Assembly (NCBI RefSeq): GCF_002149015.1
Contig: NZ_NGFO01000003.1
Location: forward strand, 116,779 to 148,778
DNA: 32,000 nucleotides
Origin: Gordonia lacunae
Lineage (GTDB): Bacteria; Actinomycetota; Actinomycetes; Mycobacteriales; Mycobacteriaceae
Reading direction: 5' to 3'
The position numbers and the translations under genes are program-made. Under the pieces are notes generated by a model that was not told the origin of the DNA, did no database searches, and saw only the letters and a program-made list of their open reading frames with translations. Of this stretch, positions 15,721 to 24,630 are shown in pieces. Each line of letters starts with the position of its first letter. Position 1 is the first letter of the stretch.

Positions 15721-16800
15721 GCGATTGCGCTCGTCAGCCCGGAAGAGCAGGTGCTCGGTGTTGCGGTTGAGTTCCTCGATGTTCGGTATGCCCGACAGGA
15801 CGAAGCGCTCGAAGCCCTGCCCGGTCAGGTCGACGATGCGTTGCGCGACCTCGTCGTAGGAGCCGACCAGACCGATGGGATGCCGGTGGCCGATCCGGTC
15901 GAACCCGGCGAAGGTGAGGTCGTCGACCCAGAGATCCTCCGCGCGGGTGTCGGCGTCGGCGCCGTAGGCGTCACGCCACTGGCGGCGCAGGCGTTGCACC
16001 GCCTCGTCTTTCGTCGCCCGGGCGATCACCGGGAGGTAGAGGCCGGCCGCCACGGTCCGTCCGAGTGCTGCCGCCCGTTCGGAGAGCGGCCCGATCAACG
16101 GCGCCGCGCCGGTCGAGGACAACTCGAACAGGTGGATGTCGCCGTGCCTGGCCGACAGCGCGAGCGCCTCGTCGCTCTCGCCGGTCAGGCGGACAGTCGG
16201 GAAACGATGGCCGTGCACCGACCGGTCGAGCCCGCCGTCGGTGACCTCGTAGAACTCGCCCACGTGGTTGAACTCACCACCGTCGAAACCACCCTGGCGG
16301 GCTCCGGCCCCGTCCCACACCCCTTTCGCCACGGTCAGGAACTCGTCGGCGCGGCGGTAACGCTCGGCGTCCGTCAGTCGGTCTCCGCGAGCCCGGTTGT
16401 CCGCTGCGTCGGTCACCACGCGCAGTTGCCACTGCAGCCGGTCGTCGGAGTTCCGCTGCAGGGTCGCCGACACCTTCGCCGCGTAGACCGGTGTCCCGAA
16501 ACCGGGATGGAATTCGACTGCCACGCGCGCATGACGGGTGCGCCGCAACGCGATACCCGCCAGGATCCACGATTCCTCACCAGCGGGGTCGTACGGGGCG
16601 ATCACCGTGTCGTAACCGGCCGTGTCGATCGCGGTGATGACCTGTTCGGTCGGGTCGAACGGATCCCACCGGCCACCCGTTCGCAGGTCGGTGGCCACCG
16701 CCGACCCGGGGGTCGGCGCCCAGCCACCGCGGTGACGCGCGGCGGAACCGACGTGCCGGCTGTCTCCGCGTGTCGGCACCTCCCATTCGAAGGCGACCAT
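15709..16800 (-). CDS. Second luciferase-like (LLM) monooxygenase, highly divergent SsuD-like paralog, ~363 aa
   Basis: It shares the layout of the neighbouring LLM: N-terminal F.W..P..GD, AAKVSATLQR vs AARMSASLQR, YRRADEFL vs YRRTSEFL, LVGSYDEVAQRI vs LVGSYEQVAERL. The start is either ATG 16800 (1-nt overlap with the upstream TGA) or GTG 16803. Confidence 0.85.
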   Translation of the reverse strand: MVAFEWEVPTRGDSRHVGSAARHRGGWAPTPGSAVATDLRTGGRWDPFDPTEQVITAIDTAGYDTVIAPYDPAGEESWILAGIALRRTRHARVAVEFHPGFGTPVYAAKVSATLQRNSDDRLQWQLRVVTDAADNRARGDRLTDAERYRRADEFLTVAKGVWDGAGARQGGFDGGEFNHVGEFYEVTDGGLDRSVHGHRFPTVRLTGESDEALALSARHGDIHLFELSSTGAAPLIGPLSERAAALGRTVAAGLYLPVIARATKDEAVQRLRRQWRDAYGADADTRAEDLWVDDLTFAGFDRIGHRHPIGLVGSYDEVAQRIVDLTGQGFERFVLSGIPNIEELNRNTEHLLFRADERNRVLA

Positions 16801-17900
16801 CACGCTTCTCCGACGATGTCCGAGATGGGCGTGGCCGCACCGACCTGGGCGCGCGCACGTCGCAGCGGCTCGACGTCGACCCAGCTCTCGATGTCGAAGT
16901 CGGCGGGCAGGAAGCCGTAGGTGTAGAGGAAGCGCTTCTGGATTCCCAGCAGATCCAGCCGCTCCTCGGAGAGCGACGGGTGCAACGAGGTGTGGAAATC
17001 GTCCCCGTAGGCCGCCACGACGCCGTCCGGGCCCGAGAAGGTTTCCCGCGCAAGCACTTCACGGACGGTGTTCAGATTTCCGGCGGCCCAGTCCGCCGCA
17101 CGGAGGCTGGCGGCGAGGAAACCGACGACGACCTCGGGATGATCCTGCAGCAGCGACTCGTGGACGGTGATCGGTCGCGGCGTGCCGTTGTTGACCCGCG
17201 ACCGCCTCGACTCGGTCGAATCGAGATCGACGAGGACGCGCAGACCGTGCTCGACGGCGGCCTCGGCGGCCCGGGCGCCCTTCACGTAGATGGCGTCGAC
17301 GTCACCGTTGAGCAGTTCGGGGAAACCGGACGGCACCGATCGCAACCGCGCCGCCTCCTCGGTGCGTACGCGCGGTTCCCAGTTGCCGGCCGTCTCGACG
17401 ACGATCACGTCGCCGAACGAGAGTCCGGCAAGTGCCAGCGCGGAGGCGAAGCCGTGCAACGACATCGCGCGGGGGAAGCTGCGTGCCTGGTCGACCGCCC
17501 ACGCGGGAATGCCGACTCGTCTGCCGCGGAGCCCCGCAGCATCGTCGATGTCGGAGTCGGGTCCCACCAGAATCGACTGCGACTCGTCGATCCAGGTGAG
17601 TCCGATCAGACGTGTCGGCGAACCCGACGCGCGGGCGACGATCGCGGGCACGTTGCCGCCTTCGCGGATCAGGCCGGACAGCTGATGATCGAAGTGGCGG
17701 GGAGCGAGTTCGGCGCCCGCGTCCTGGAGGATCGAGAATTCCAGGCCCGCAGCCGATGCCGGCTCGCCGAGCCAGCCCAGGCTGTTGGCCAGACCGCTCG
17801 CGGTGGGGACCGGGCACCGGGTGTACCAGACGGTGTCGGCACCGGGAGAATTCGCCGGGGTGACCGGGGTGTGCAGGGAGGTCGCGCTGTCGATGGTCAT
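16800..17900 (-). CDS. DszB-like (2'-hydroxybiphenyl-2-sulfinate desulfinase family) cytoplasmic binding-protein-fold enzyme, 366 aa
   Basis: ATG at 17900 with GAGGAA 5 nt upstream (the tracked TTG at 17912 is less likely). No signal peptide. TVWYTRCPVPTAS, RHFDHQ and IREGGNVPA line up with Rhodococcus DszB TLTYSNCPVPNAL (Cys27), VHFTYDQ (His60) and TRFGGEIPP (Arg70) as I recall them. The Cys codon is at 17814-17816. Confidence 0.75.
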   Translation of the reverse strand: MTIDSATSLHTPVTPANSPGADTVWYTRCPVPTASGLANSLGWLGEPASAAGLEFSILQDAGAELAPRHFDHQLSGLIREGGNVPAIVARASGSPTRLIGLTWIDESQSILVGPDSDIDDAAGLRGRRVGIPAWAVDQARSFPRAMSLHGFASALALAGLSFGDVIVVETAGNWEPRVRTEEAARLRSVPSGFPELLNGDVDAIYVKGARAAEAAVEHGLRVLVDLDSTESRRSRVNNGTPRPITVHESLLQDHPEVVVGFLAASLRAADWAAGNLNTVREVLARETFSGPDGVVAAYGDDFHTSLHPSLSEERLDLLGIQKRFLYTYGFLPADFDIESWVDVEPLRRARAQVGAATPISDIVGEA

Positions 17901-17908
17901 GGTGTTCC

Positions 17909-18706
17909 TCAACTCTCGGTGTCGGGATGTATGCGGCCGACGCCGAGTTCGCGCAGGAACTCGGCCCGGTAGCGGAGCGATTCGGGGTCGGAGCGGTCAC
18001 GCGGGCGGGGCAGATCGATGTCCTCGTCGACGCCGAAGGTGCCGTGCGACAGGATGATCACGCGGTCGGCGAGCCGGACCGCCTCGTCGACGTCGTGGGT
18101 CACCAGAAGCACCGCGGGCTGGTGTCGGGCCACCAGATCACCGACCAGGTCCTGCATCTGGAGCCGGGTGAGGGCGTCGAGCGCCGCGAACGGTTCGTCG
18201 AGGAGCAGCAGTTCCGGTTCACGGACGAGGGCTCGGGCCAGCGCGACCCGTTGCGCCTCACCGCCGGACAGGGTGGCCGGCCAGGCCTCGGCCTTGTCCG
18301 CGAGGTTGACCTCCGCCAGCGCGGCCCGACCGCGGTCCTTCGTGCTCTTGCCACCACGCTGGCCGATCGTCACGTTGGCCAGCGCCCGCTTGGAGGGCAC
18401 CAGGCGCGGCTCCTGGTACACGGTCGTGCGTGCAGCGGGGACGAGGATCTCACCGGAGTCCGGTTCCTCGAGCCCCGTCAGCAGGCGCAGCAGCGTCGTC
18501 TTGCCGGTACCCGATGGACCGAGCAGCACCACGAACTCGCCGCGCCGGATGGTCAGGTCGACCGACTGCAGCACGGTCTTCGGGCCGAAGGTCTTGGTGA
18601 CGTCGGTCAGCGAGACCGCAACCGGTTGGCCCGCACGGCGTTCGCGTGCGGTGACCTGCGTCGGCTGCCGTTCCAGGAGTGGGGGCAGCGGAGACTCCGG
18701 GCTCAT
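17909..18706 (-). CDS. ABC transporter ATP-binding protein, SsuB/TauB (nitrate/sulfonate/taurine) type, 265 aa
   Basis: Walker A GPSGTGKTT, signature LSGGEAQRVALARAL, Walker B LLLLDEPF. The ATG at 18706 overlaps the permease stop (ATGA). The tracked 499-aa ORF is an artefactual upstream extension. Confidence 0.9.
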   Translation of the reverse strand: MSPESPLPPLLERQPTQVTARERRAGQPVAVSLTDVTKTFGPKTVLQSVDLTIRRGEFVVLLGPSGTGKTTLLRLLTGLEEPDSGEILVPAARTTVYQEPRLVPSKRALANVTIGQRGGKSTKDRGRAALAEVNLADKAEAWPATLSGGEAQRVALARALVREPELLLLDEPFAALDALTRLQMQDLVGDLVARHQPAVLLVTHDVDEAVRLADRVIILSHGTFGVDEDIDLPRPRDRSDPESLRYRAEFLRELGVGRIHPDTES

Positions 18707-19572
18707 CGGACGGTCACCCCCGCCCGCCACGGCATCGAGTACTTCTCCAGGATGCGGACGATCAGGTCGAAGATCAGACCGAGGATGGCGTACAGCACCA
18801 CACACAGGATCATGTAGTCGGTGCGGTTGTACTCCTGCGCCAGACTCACCAGATAGCCGATCCCCTCTCGGGTGCCGACCTGCTCGGCGGCGATCAGTCC
18901 GGTGATCGAGATCGACAGGCAGATCCGCAGTGCCATCAGGATGCCCGGCAGCGCTGCCGGGATGATCACGCCGAGGATCAGACGGCCCCCGGTGAGCCCG
19001 AAACCCTGTGCCGCCTCGATCATCTTGCGATCGACGTTGCGCACGCCGAGATAGCTGTAGGCGTACATCGGCGACACCGTGGCGATGGCGATCAGCAGCA
19101 CCTTGAAGGTGTTGTCGATGCCGAACCAGGCGATGAACAGGGGCACCAGCGCGAGGAACGGAATGGCCCGGTTGATCTGCATCGTCGAGTCGATGAGCTC
19201 CTCGCCGAGCGTGTACAGACCCGCGAGCACGCCGAGGATCAACCCGACTCCGACGCCCAGACCGACACCGAGCGCCGCACGCTCCAGCGACGCCACCGCG
19301 AAGTCGACGAGCTGGCCGGTGCGGTAGAGCTCGACGAACGCGTCGAACACCGCCCCGGGTGACGCCAGTACCGCCGGCGAGATCGTGCCGGTCGCGGTGC
19401 CGATCCACCAGACCGCCACGATGACCCCGGGCACCAGGAACCGCAGAGGAAGCGAGAGCCAGACGGGCCGGTTGCGTTGCTTCCGTGTCCGGGGGGTCTC
19501 CAGGCCGATGCGTGACACCCGCTGCGACGCAGCGTCTCCCGAGGTGGACTGCGCGACCGTTGCCGAGGTCAC
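18703..19572 (-). CDS. ABC transporter permease, SsuC/TauC type, 289 aa
   Basis: Six hydrophobic segments and an EAA loop (IEAAQGFGLTGGRLILGVIIPAALP). The GTG start at 19572 overlaps the upstream stop (GTGA). Confidence 0.9.
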   Translation of the reverse strand: MTSATVAQSTSGDAASQRVSRIGLETPRTRKQRNRPVWLSLPLRFLVPGVIVAVWWIGTATGTISPAVLASPGAVFDAFVELYRTGQLVDFAVASLERAALGVGLGVGVGLILGVLAGLYTLGEELIDSTMQINRAIPFLALVPLFIAWFGIDNTFKVLLIAIATVSPMYAYSYLGVRNVDRKMIEAAQGFGLTGGRLILGVIIPAALPGILMALRICLSISITGLIAAEQVGTREGIGYLVSLAQEYNRTDYMILCVVLYAILGLIFDLIVRILEKYSMPWRAGVTVR

Positions 19573-20606
19573 TTCTGTCCGCTCTGGTACTTCTGCAACT
19601 GTGCGGGCAGATCGAAGAAGACGTCCTCGGCCGTGACCGGCTTCTGGATCACGCCGGCCTCGACGAACAGCGCCGACACGGACTCGAGATCCTCGGCATC
19701 CTTCGCCGTGGGATAGCGCGGCGTGGACGCGTCGGCGCCGAGTGCGAGGGCACGGGTGAGGCGGTCGCCGCTGAGCGCGCGGGGTCCCGCCTTCTCGAAG
19801 ACGTTCTCGTAGTCGTCGGGGTTCTCCCGCTGCTGATCGGTCAGCTGCTGCAACGTCTTCAGGTACACGTCGGCGACGTCGGGCCGCTCTTCGAGCACCT
19901 CGGTCCGGAAGGCGACGATGGTGTTGTCGACCGAACCGATGCTCTCCTCGGTGGCGATCTCGACTCCGCCGGCGGCCTTCGCCTCCTGGTAGGGCTGGTT
20001 GAAGGACGCCCAGGCGTCGACCTGACCGGTGGAGAACGCCGACCCGGCCTCGGCCTGCTGCAGGGGTACCCGCTCCACCTTGTCGAACGGAATCCCGGCC
20101 TGTTGCAATGCCTTCAGCGTGATGTACTCACCCTTGCCGGCCGGATTGACCGCGATCCGCTTGCCGACGAGACCGGCGACATCGGTGACCCCGGAGTCCT
20201 TGGTGACCAAGATGCCGTTCTGGTCCTTGCCGGCCGGGTCGGCCACGGCGATGATCCGGACGCCGACGTTCTTCGACAGCGCCCCGACGACCGGGCTGTA
20301 GGCACCGCCGGACACGTCGAGCTGACCGGTGTTGAACAGCTTGAGGTTCGACGAGAAGCCCGGTGTCGAGTTGACCCATTCGATCTTCGCACCCAGCGGG
20401 GCCAGCGCCTCGTCGAAGGTCCCGTCACGTTTGCCGACCGCCAGCGGGCCGGCGTTGCCCGGGTCGGTCACCTTGAGCACGTACTGGTCGCCACCACCGG
20501 CGGCGGCGCCGCCCGAGTCGCCCGACGCACACCCGGTGGCGACGGTGAGCAACGCGGCCGCTGCGACCGCGGCAGCGGCGAGACGAAATCGTGGGGATCC
20601 GGGCAT
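19569..20606 (-). CDS. ABC transporter substrate-binding lipoprotein, SsuA/NMT1 type, 345 aa
   Basis: Signal peptide with lipobox (AAALLTVATGC ASGD), GGAG 8 nt upstream of the ATG at 20606, and SsuA-like blocks (LVGKRIAVNPAGKGEY, GQVDAWASFNQPY). Confidence 0.9.
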   Translation of the reverse strand: MPGSPRFRLAAAAVAAAALLTVATGCASGDSGGAAAGGGDQYVLKVTDPGNAGPLAVGKRDGTFDEALAPLGAKIEWVNSTPGFSSNLKLFNTGQLDVSGGAYSPVVGALSKNVGVRIIAVADPAGKDQNGILVTKDSGVTDVAGLVGKRIAVNPAGKGEYITLKALQQAGIPFDKVERVPLQQAEAGSAFSTGQVDAWASFNQPYQEAKAAGGVEIATEESIGSVDNTIVAFRTEVLEERPDVADVYLKTLQQLTDQQRENPDDYENVFEKAGPRALSGDRLTRALALGADASTPRYPTAKDAEDLESVSALFVEAGVIQKPVTAEDVFFDLPAQLQKYQSGQK

Positions 20607-20635
20607 GAAGGACTCCTGTTCGACAGGTGGAGACC

Positions 20636-20651
20636 GTGTTCAGACGAACAC
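20636..20651. promoter_or_regulatory. Palindrome GTGTTC-AGAC-GAACAC in the leader/promoter of the sulfur operon
   Basis: 6-bp perfect arms, 30 nt upstream of the ssuA-like ATG, within the 107-bp gap. A second small inverted repeat CCTGT-TCG-ACAGG lies at 20615-20627. Function is unknown. Confidence 0.3.
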
Positions 20652-20713
20652 GAGGACTGGGTTACCGCAGACGTTATGTGGACTCAGGCGCCGCGCACAC
20701 CTCTGGGTTTCCA

Positions 20714-23700
20714 TCAGTTGGAAAGCTTGACAACTTCGCTCAGGGCTGGGTCAGTCGGCGCATAGCTCTCCCACAGATCGCGATACTCACCCGGCCTCGA
20801 CACCAGATCGGCATGACGCCCGGATTGGACGGCCCGGCCGTCCCGCATCACGACGACCCGGTCCGCCCACGCGGCGGTGGTGAGTCGATGCGCCACGAGA
20901 ACCGTTGTGCGACTCCGCGCGACGGCTTGCAGTGCGGAGAGCACCTCGGCTTCGGTCCCCGGATCGATGTCTGAGGTCGCCTCGTCGAGGATCAGCAGGT
21001 CCGGCTCGACGAGTTCGGCACGCGCGAGACAGATCAGTTGCTGCTGTCCCGCCGACAGCGTGGCCCGGCCCGGCCCCACCGGTGTCTGGTAGCCGAGCGG
21101 GAGCGCCGCGATGCTCTCGTGCGCGCCGACCGACCTCGCCGCGCGCTCGATCTCGGCCTGTCCGGCGTCGGGACGCCCGAACGCGATGTTGGACGCGACC
21201 GTTCCGGCGAAGAGGTAGGGATCCTGTGGCACGTAGGCGATCCCCGGCCGGGGGCCGGGTGCGCCGGTGTCGCGCAGGTCGACGCCGCCGACCCGGACGA
21301 CGCCGCGGTCGGGCCGGTAGAACCGCAACAGCAGCTTCATCACGGTGCTCTTGCCCGCGCCGGTGGTGCCGACGACGGCCGCGGTCTCGCCGTCGGGGAT
21401 GACCAGGTCCAGCCCGTCGAGCGCGGGACGACCCCGCGTCCGCGCCGCCGACGAGTAGCCGAACACCACCCCGTCGAATTCGACTGCCGCGCCGAGTGGT
21501 CCGGCGGCGGTACCGGTCGTCGCCGGCCGCACGTTCTGGTCGACGGGGGTGTCGACGGGGGTGTCGAGGAAGCCGCGCATCCGCTGGGTGCCGACCCGAG
21601 CCTGAATCCAGAGGTCGAGCACGATCGACAACTGCTGGAGCGGGGTGAAGAACAGATCGACGTAGAGGAGCGCGGCGACCAGCACACCGGTGGTGAGCGT
21701 GCCCGCATCCATGAGCTGTGCGCCGACGATCAGGATGAGCGCCTTGGCCACCACCGCGAGCAGGTTCAGGAAGGGGAAGAACACCGAGATGTAGAGCATC
21801 GAACGGCGGCGCGCGTCGCGGTAGCGTCGCGAGTGCCCGTCGAAGGCGCCCGCCGCCCACTCCTCGGCGTTGTGCGCCTGGGTGACCCGCACCCGCCCGA
21901 GGTGTTCGGAGAGCAGCGCGGTGACGGTCGCGATGCGCGAACGCGCCTGCAGATAGGCGCGATTCGAGCCCCGGACGAAGATCCACGACCCCACGGCGAG
22001 CAACGGGATGGTGACAAGCATCGCGGCTGCCAGCCGGAGGTCGAGGAGGGCCAGCACGGCCAGGATGCCGGCACACGTGCACACGTTGACGATCGCGTTG
22101 ACCATGCCCTGCGTCATCAGCTGACCGACCGCGTCCACATCACTGGTGAGCCGGGTGACGATGCGGCCCGACTGCCGTCCGTCGAAATAGTCGATGCGCA
22201 GTCGCTGCAGGTGCCCGAACAGCCGGAGCCGCAGCGCGAAGAGCACGCGCTCGAAGACCCTCGCCGCCCGCAGCGCCAGCACCCACGAGTTCAACCAGGA
22301 CACCAGCGCGATCACCAGGACGATCGCGCACGTCACCCAGAACACGGTCGTCGCGTCCACCGAGACACCGTTGTCGATGGCGTGGCGGAAGAGGGCGGGG
22401 ACGGCCAGGGTCGTGGCCGCATCGACGATGACCAGGACGACGCACAGCCCGACGGGCAACCAGAACGGCCGCAGGGAACCGGCCAGGCCGAAGACTCTGG
22501 TGCGCGACGACCTCGGCGGCGGACGGTCGTCGCCGGGCGCGGGCACCTCGGTCAGCGGCGGGAGCGCCAGGAGCGCCTCGCGCAGGTGCGAGTCCACCTG
22601 CTGGACCTGTTTGCCGCTCTCGTCGGCGTCGAGTCCCAGCCGGGCCCGGACCACCGGATCAGCGCCCGCCTCGTCGACTTCCGGCCAGCTCTCCGGACTC
22701 GGGATCGCCTGAGTGTCCGTCTTCACCGAACGCGCGACAGCGGTCGCGCCCCGGATCGCGCCACCGGCCAGGAGCGCCGCGATGCGCGGGTCGGCGAGCA
22801 CCTCCGCCGGCGGACCGTCGTGGGTGATCCGACCCGATTCGAGGACTATGACCTGGTCGGCGAGTTCGGTCGTCGCGGGCCGACGGGCGATCAGGATCGT
22901 CGTCCGGCCGGACATCAGCCCTTCCAGGCTCGCCAACACCGTCCGCTCGGTCGTCGGGTCGAGCGCCGACGTCGTGTCGTCGAGGATCAGTACCGCCGGG
23001 TCGGCGAAGAAGGCGCGGGCGAGCGCGATCCGCTGGCGCTGACCGCCCGACAACGAGATCCCGCCGGGTCCGACCACGGTGTCGTAACCCGCGGGCAGCT
23101 GCTCGATGAACTCGTCGGCCGCGGCCGCGCGGGCGGCGGCGGCGATTCCGGCGTCGTCGGCCGGGGCACCCATCGCGATGTTCTCGCGGAGGGTGCCCGA
23201 GAACAGCAGGCTCTCGTCGAACACCATCATCACCGCCGACCGCACCGACCGCGGCGACACGGCACGCAGATCGGTGCCACCGATCCGCACCGATCCCCGG
23301 TCGGGGTCGAACTGGCGGGCGATGAGCGACCCGAGCGTCGTCTTGCCCGCGCCGGACGGACCGATGATCGCCACCCTGCTGCCCGGGGCGATCGAGGTGG
23401 TCACACCACGAAGGACGGGGTGACCGCCGAGCGCGAGGTCGACGCCGGTCACCTCGATCGTCCCGCGCGGCGACGGGAGATCCGGACCGGCGGGGTCCAT
23501 CGCCGGCACCGTGTCCAAGAGCGCGAACACCCGGCGCGCCCCCGACCGCGCGAGCTGCGTCGTCGTCACCATCGCCGCGAGCAGCCTCGCCGGGGGCGCG
23601 AACTGCAGCACGTACGAGGCGAACGCCAGGAAGACGCCCACCGAGACGTGCTCGTTCATGGCCAGCCACCCGCCGACGACCAGGACGCCGAGCTGGGTGA

Positions 23701-24466
23701 AGACGGGGATCGCGACCATCGCCGCGCTCCAGCGGGCCGAGATGCGCGCACTGCGCAGCCGCGACGAGAACAGGCGGGTCCCCCGGGCGCGGAACCGGTC
23801 CAGCCGCGCCCCCTCCTGGCCGAAGGCGCGGATCAGTTCGACCCCGGCGATCTCCTCGTCGACCGCCGCGGCGACCTGGCCCAGCAGCACCTGGTCGCCG
23901 AACGAGGCGGGATACAGTTCGCGGCGGAGCCGGCGGGTGACCCAGAACAGGACCGGGACACTCGCCGCCACGACGACGAACAGCGGCGGGGACAGGACGA
24001 ACATCACGACCAGGCCGACCGCGAGCAGGGTGAGGTTGGCGACGAACAGCGGCACCTGGGAGATGAACATCTGGATCAGGTTCAGATCCGACGTCCCCCG
24101 CGAGATGACGTCGCCCGCAGCGAGTTCCGCCCGGCGTCGCGCGTCGAGCGCGTGCAGGTGGCGATGGACCGCGACCCGCAGATCGTGCTGCACGTCGACG
24201 GCGCACCGGCTGCCGATGTAGCGGCGCAGTGCATGGGAGACGAAGCTCAGCACACCGATGGAGCACAGGACGCAGATCCAGAACGCGAGGGATTGCGTCG
24301 GGTCGAGCAGGACATCGTCGACGATGATCTGCTGGACCAGCGGCACCAGGGCCAGCAACCCCTGCCCCACCACCGCCAGCAGGAGCGCCACGGACACCCG
24401 GCCGCGGTAGGGACGCACCCACTGCCACAGCCGTCGAAGCCAGCCCGGCCCACTCTCGTCGGTCAC
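20714..24466 (-). CDS. Fused ABC exporter (TMD-NBD-TMD-NBD), Rv0194-like, ~1250 aa
   Basis: Two complete half-transporters in one frame. NBD1: GPSGAGKTT / LSGGQRQRIALARAF / LILDDTTSALD. NBD2: GTTGAGKST / LSAGQQQLICLARA / LILDEATSDID. Each follows a 6-TMS type-I exporter domain. No ATG lies near the 5' end. The GTG at 24466 has GAGGAG 4 nt upstream; GTG 24487 is the alternative. Confidence 0.9.
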   Translation of the reverse strand: MTDESGPGWLRRLWQWVRPYRGRVSVALLLAVVGQGLLALVPLVQQIIVDDVLLDPTQSLAFWICVLCSIGVLSFVSHALRRYIGSRCAVDVQHDLRVAVHRHLHALDARRRAELAAGDVISRGTSDLNLIQMFISQVPLFVANLTLLAVGLVVMFVLSPPLFVVVAASVPVLFWVTRRLRRELYPASFGDQVLLGQVAAAVDEEIAGVELIRAFGQEGARLDRFRARGTRLFSSRLRSARISARWSAAMVAIPVFTQLGVLVVGGWLAMNEHVSVGVFLAFASYVLQFAPPARLLAAMVTTTQLARSGARRVFALLDTVPAMDPAGPDLPSPRGTIEVTGVDLALGGHPVLRGVTTSIAPGSRVAIIGPSGAGKTTLGSLIARQFDPDRGSVRIGGTDLRAVSPRSVRSAVMMVFDESLLFSGTLRENIAMGAPADDAGIAAAARAAAADEFIEQLPAGYDTVVGPGGISLSGGQRQRIALARAFFADPAVLILDDTTSALDPTTERTVLASLEGLMSGRTTILIARRPATTELADQVIVLESGRITHDGPPAEVLADPRIAALLAGGAIRGATAVARSVKTDTQAIPSPESWPEVDEAGADPVVRARLGLDADESGKQVQQVDSHLREALLALPPLTEVPAPGDDRPPPRSSRTRVFGLAGSLRPFWLPVGLCVVLVIVDAATTLAVPALFRHAIDNGVSVDATTVFWVTCAIVLVIALVSWLNSWVLALRAARVFERVLFALRLRLFGHLQRLRIDYFDGRQSGRIVTRLTSDVDAVGQLMTQGMVNAIVNVCTCAGILAVLALLDLRLAAAMLVTIPLLAVGSWIFVRGSNRAYLQARSRIATVTALLSEHLGRVRVTQAHNAEEWAAGAFDGHSRRYRDARRRSMLYISVFFPFLNLLAVVAKALILIVGAQLMDAGTLTTGVLVAALLYVDLFFTPLQQLSIVLDLWIQARVGTQRMRGFLDTPVDTPVDQNVRPATTGTAAGPLGAAVEFDGVVFGYSSAARTRGRPALDGLDLVIPDGETAAVVGTTGAGKSTVMKLLLRFYRPDRGVVRVGGVDLRDTGAPGPRPGIAYVPQDPYLFAGTVASNIAFGRPDAGQAEIERAARSVGAHESIAALPLGYQTPVGPGRATLSAGQQQLICLARAELVEPDLLILDEATSDIDPGTEAEVLSALQAVARSRTTVLVAHRLTTAAWADRVVVMRDGRAVQSGRHADLVSRPGEYRDLWESYAPTDPALSEVVKLSN

Positions 24467-24590
24467 ACGTCTCCTCGTCGATCTCACGATTGCCCTGATT
24501 TCTGAACTGCCGAGCTCGAACCGCGCTGATCCTGATGTCGACGGCCCACTCCGCGAGGAGTATCTTCCGAATAGTGGAAAGTGGCCAGGC

Positions 24591-24601
24591 CCTGAATCAG
24601 G
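24591..24601. promoter_or_regulatory. 11-bp perfect palindrome CCTGAATCAGG upstream of the IclR gene
   Basis: Lies in the 164-bp divergent gap, 30 nt upstream of the IclR ATG. The nearby TTCC-GAATAGT-GGAA (24565-24579) is another inverted repeat. Either could be an IclR-type site, but nothing in the sequence proves it. Confidence 0.2.
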
Positions 24602-24630
24602 CCGATTTCTAGTCGGGAGGCACAGAGGAG

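Noticed and set aside
12727-17900. Calling the cluster a canonical dibenzothiophene 4S (dszABC) desulfurization operon.
   Set aside because: Only a DszB-like gene is present. The two LLMs look SsuD-like (about 365-390 aa with an SsuD C-terminal motif) rather than DszA-like (about 450 aa, NtaA family), and there is no DszC-type acyl-CoA-dehydrogenase-fold gene.
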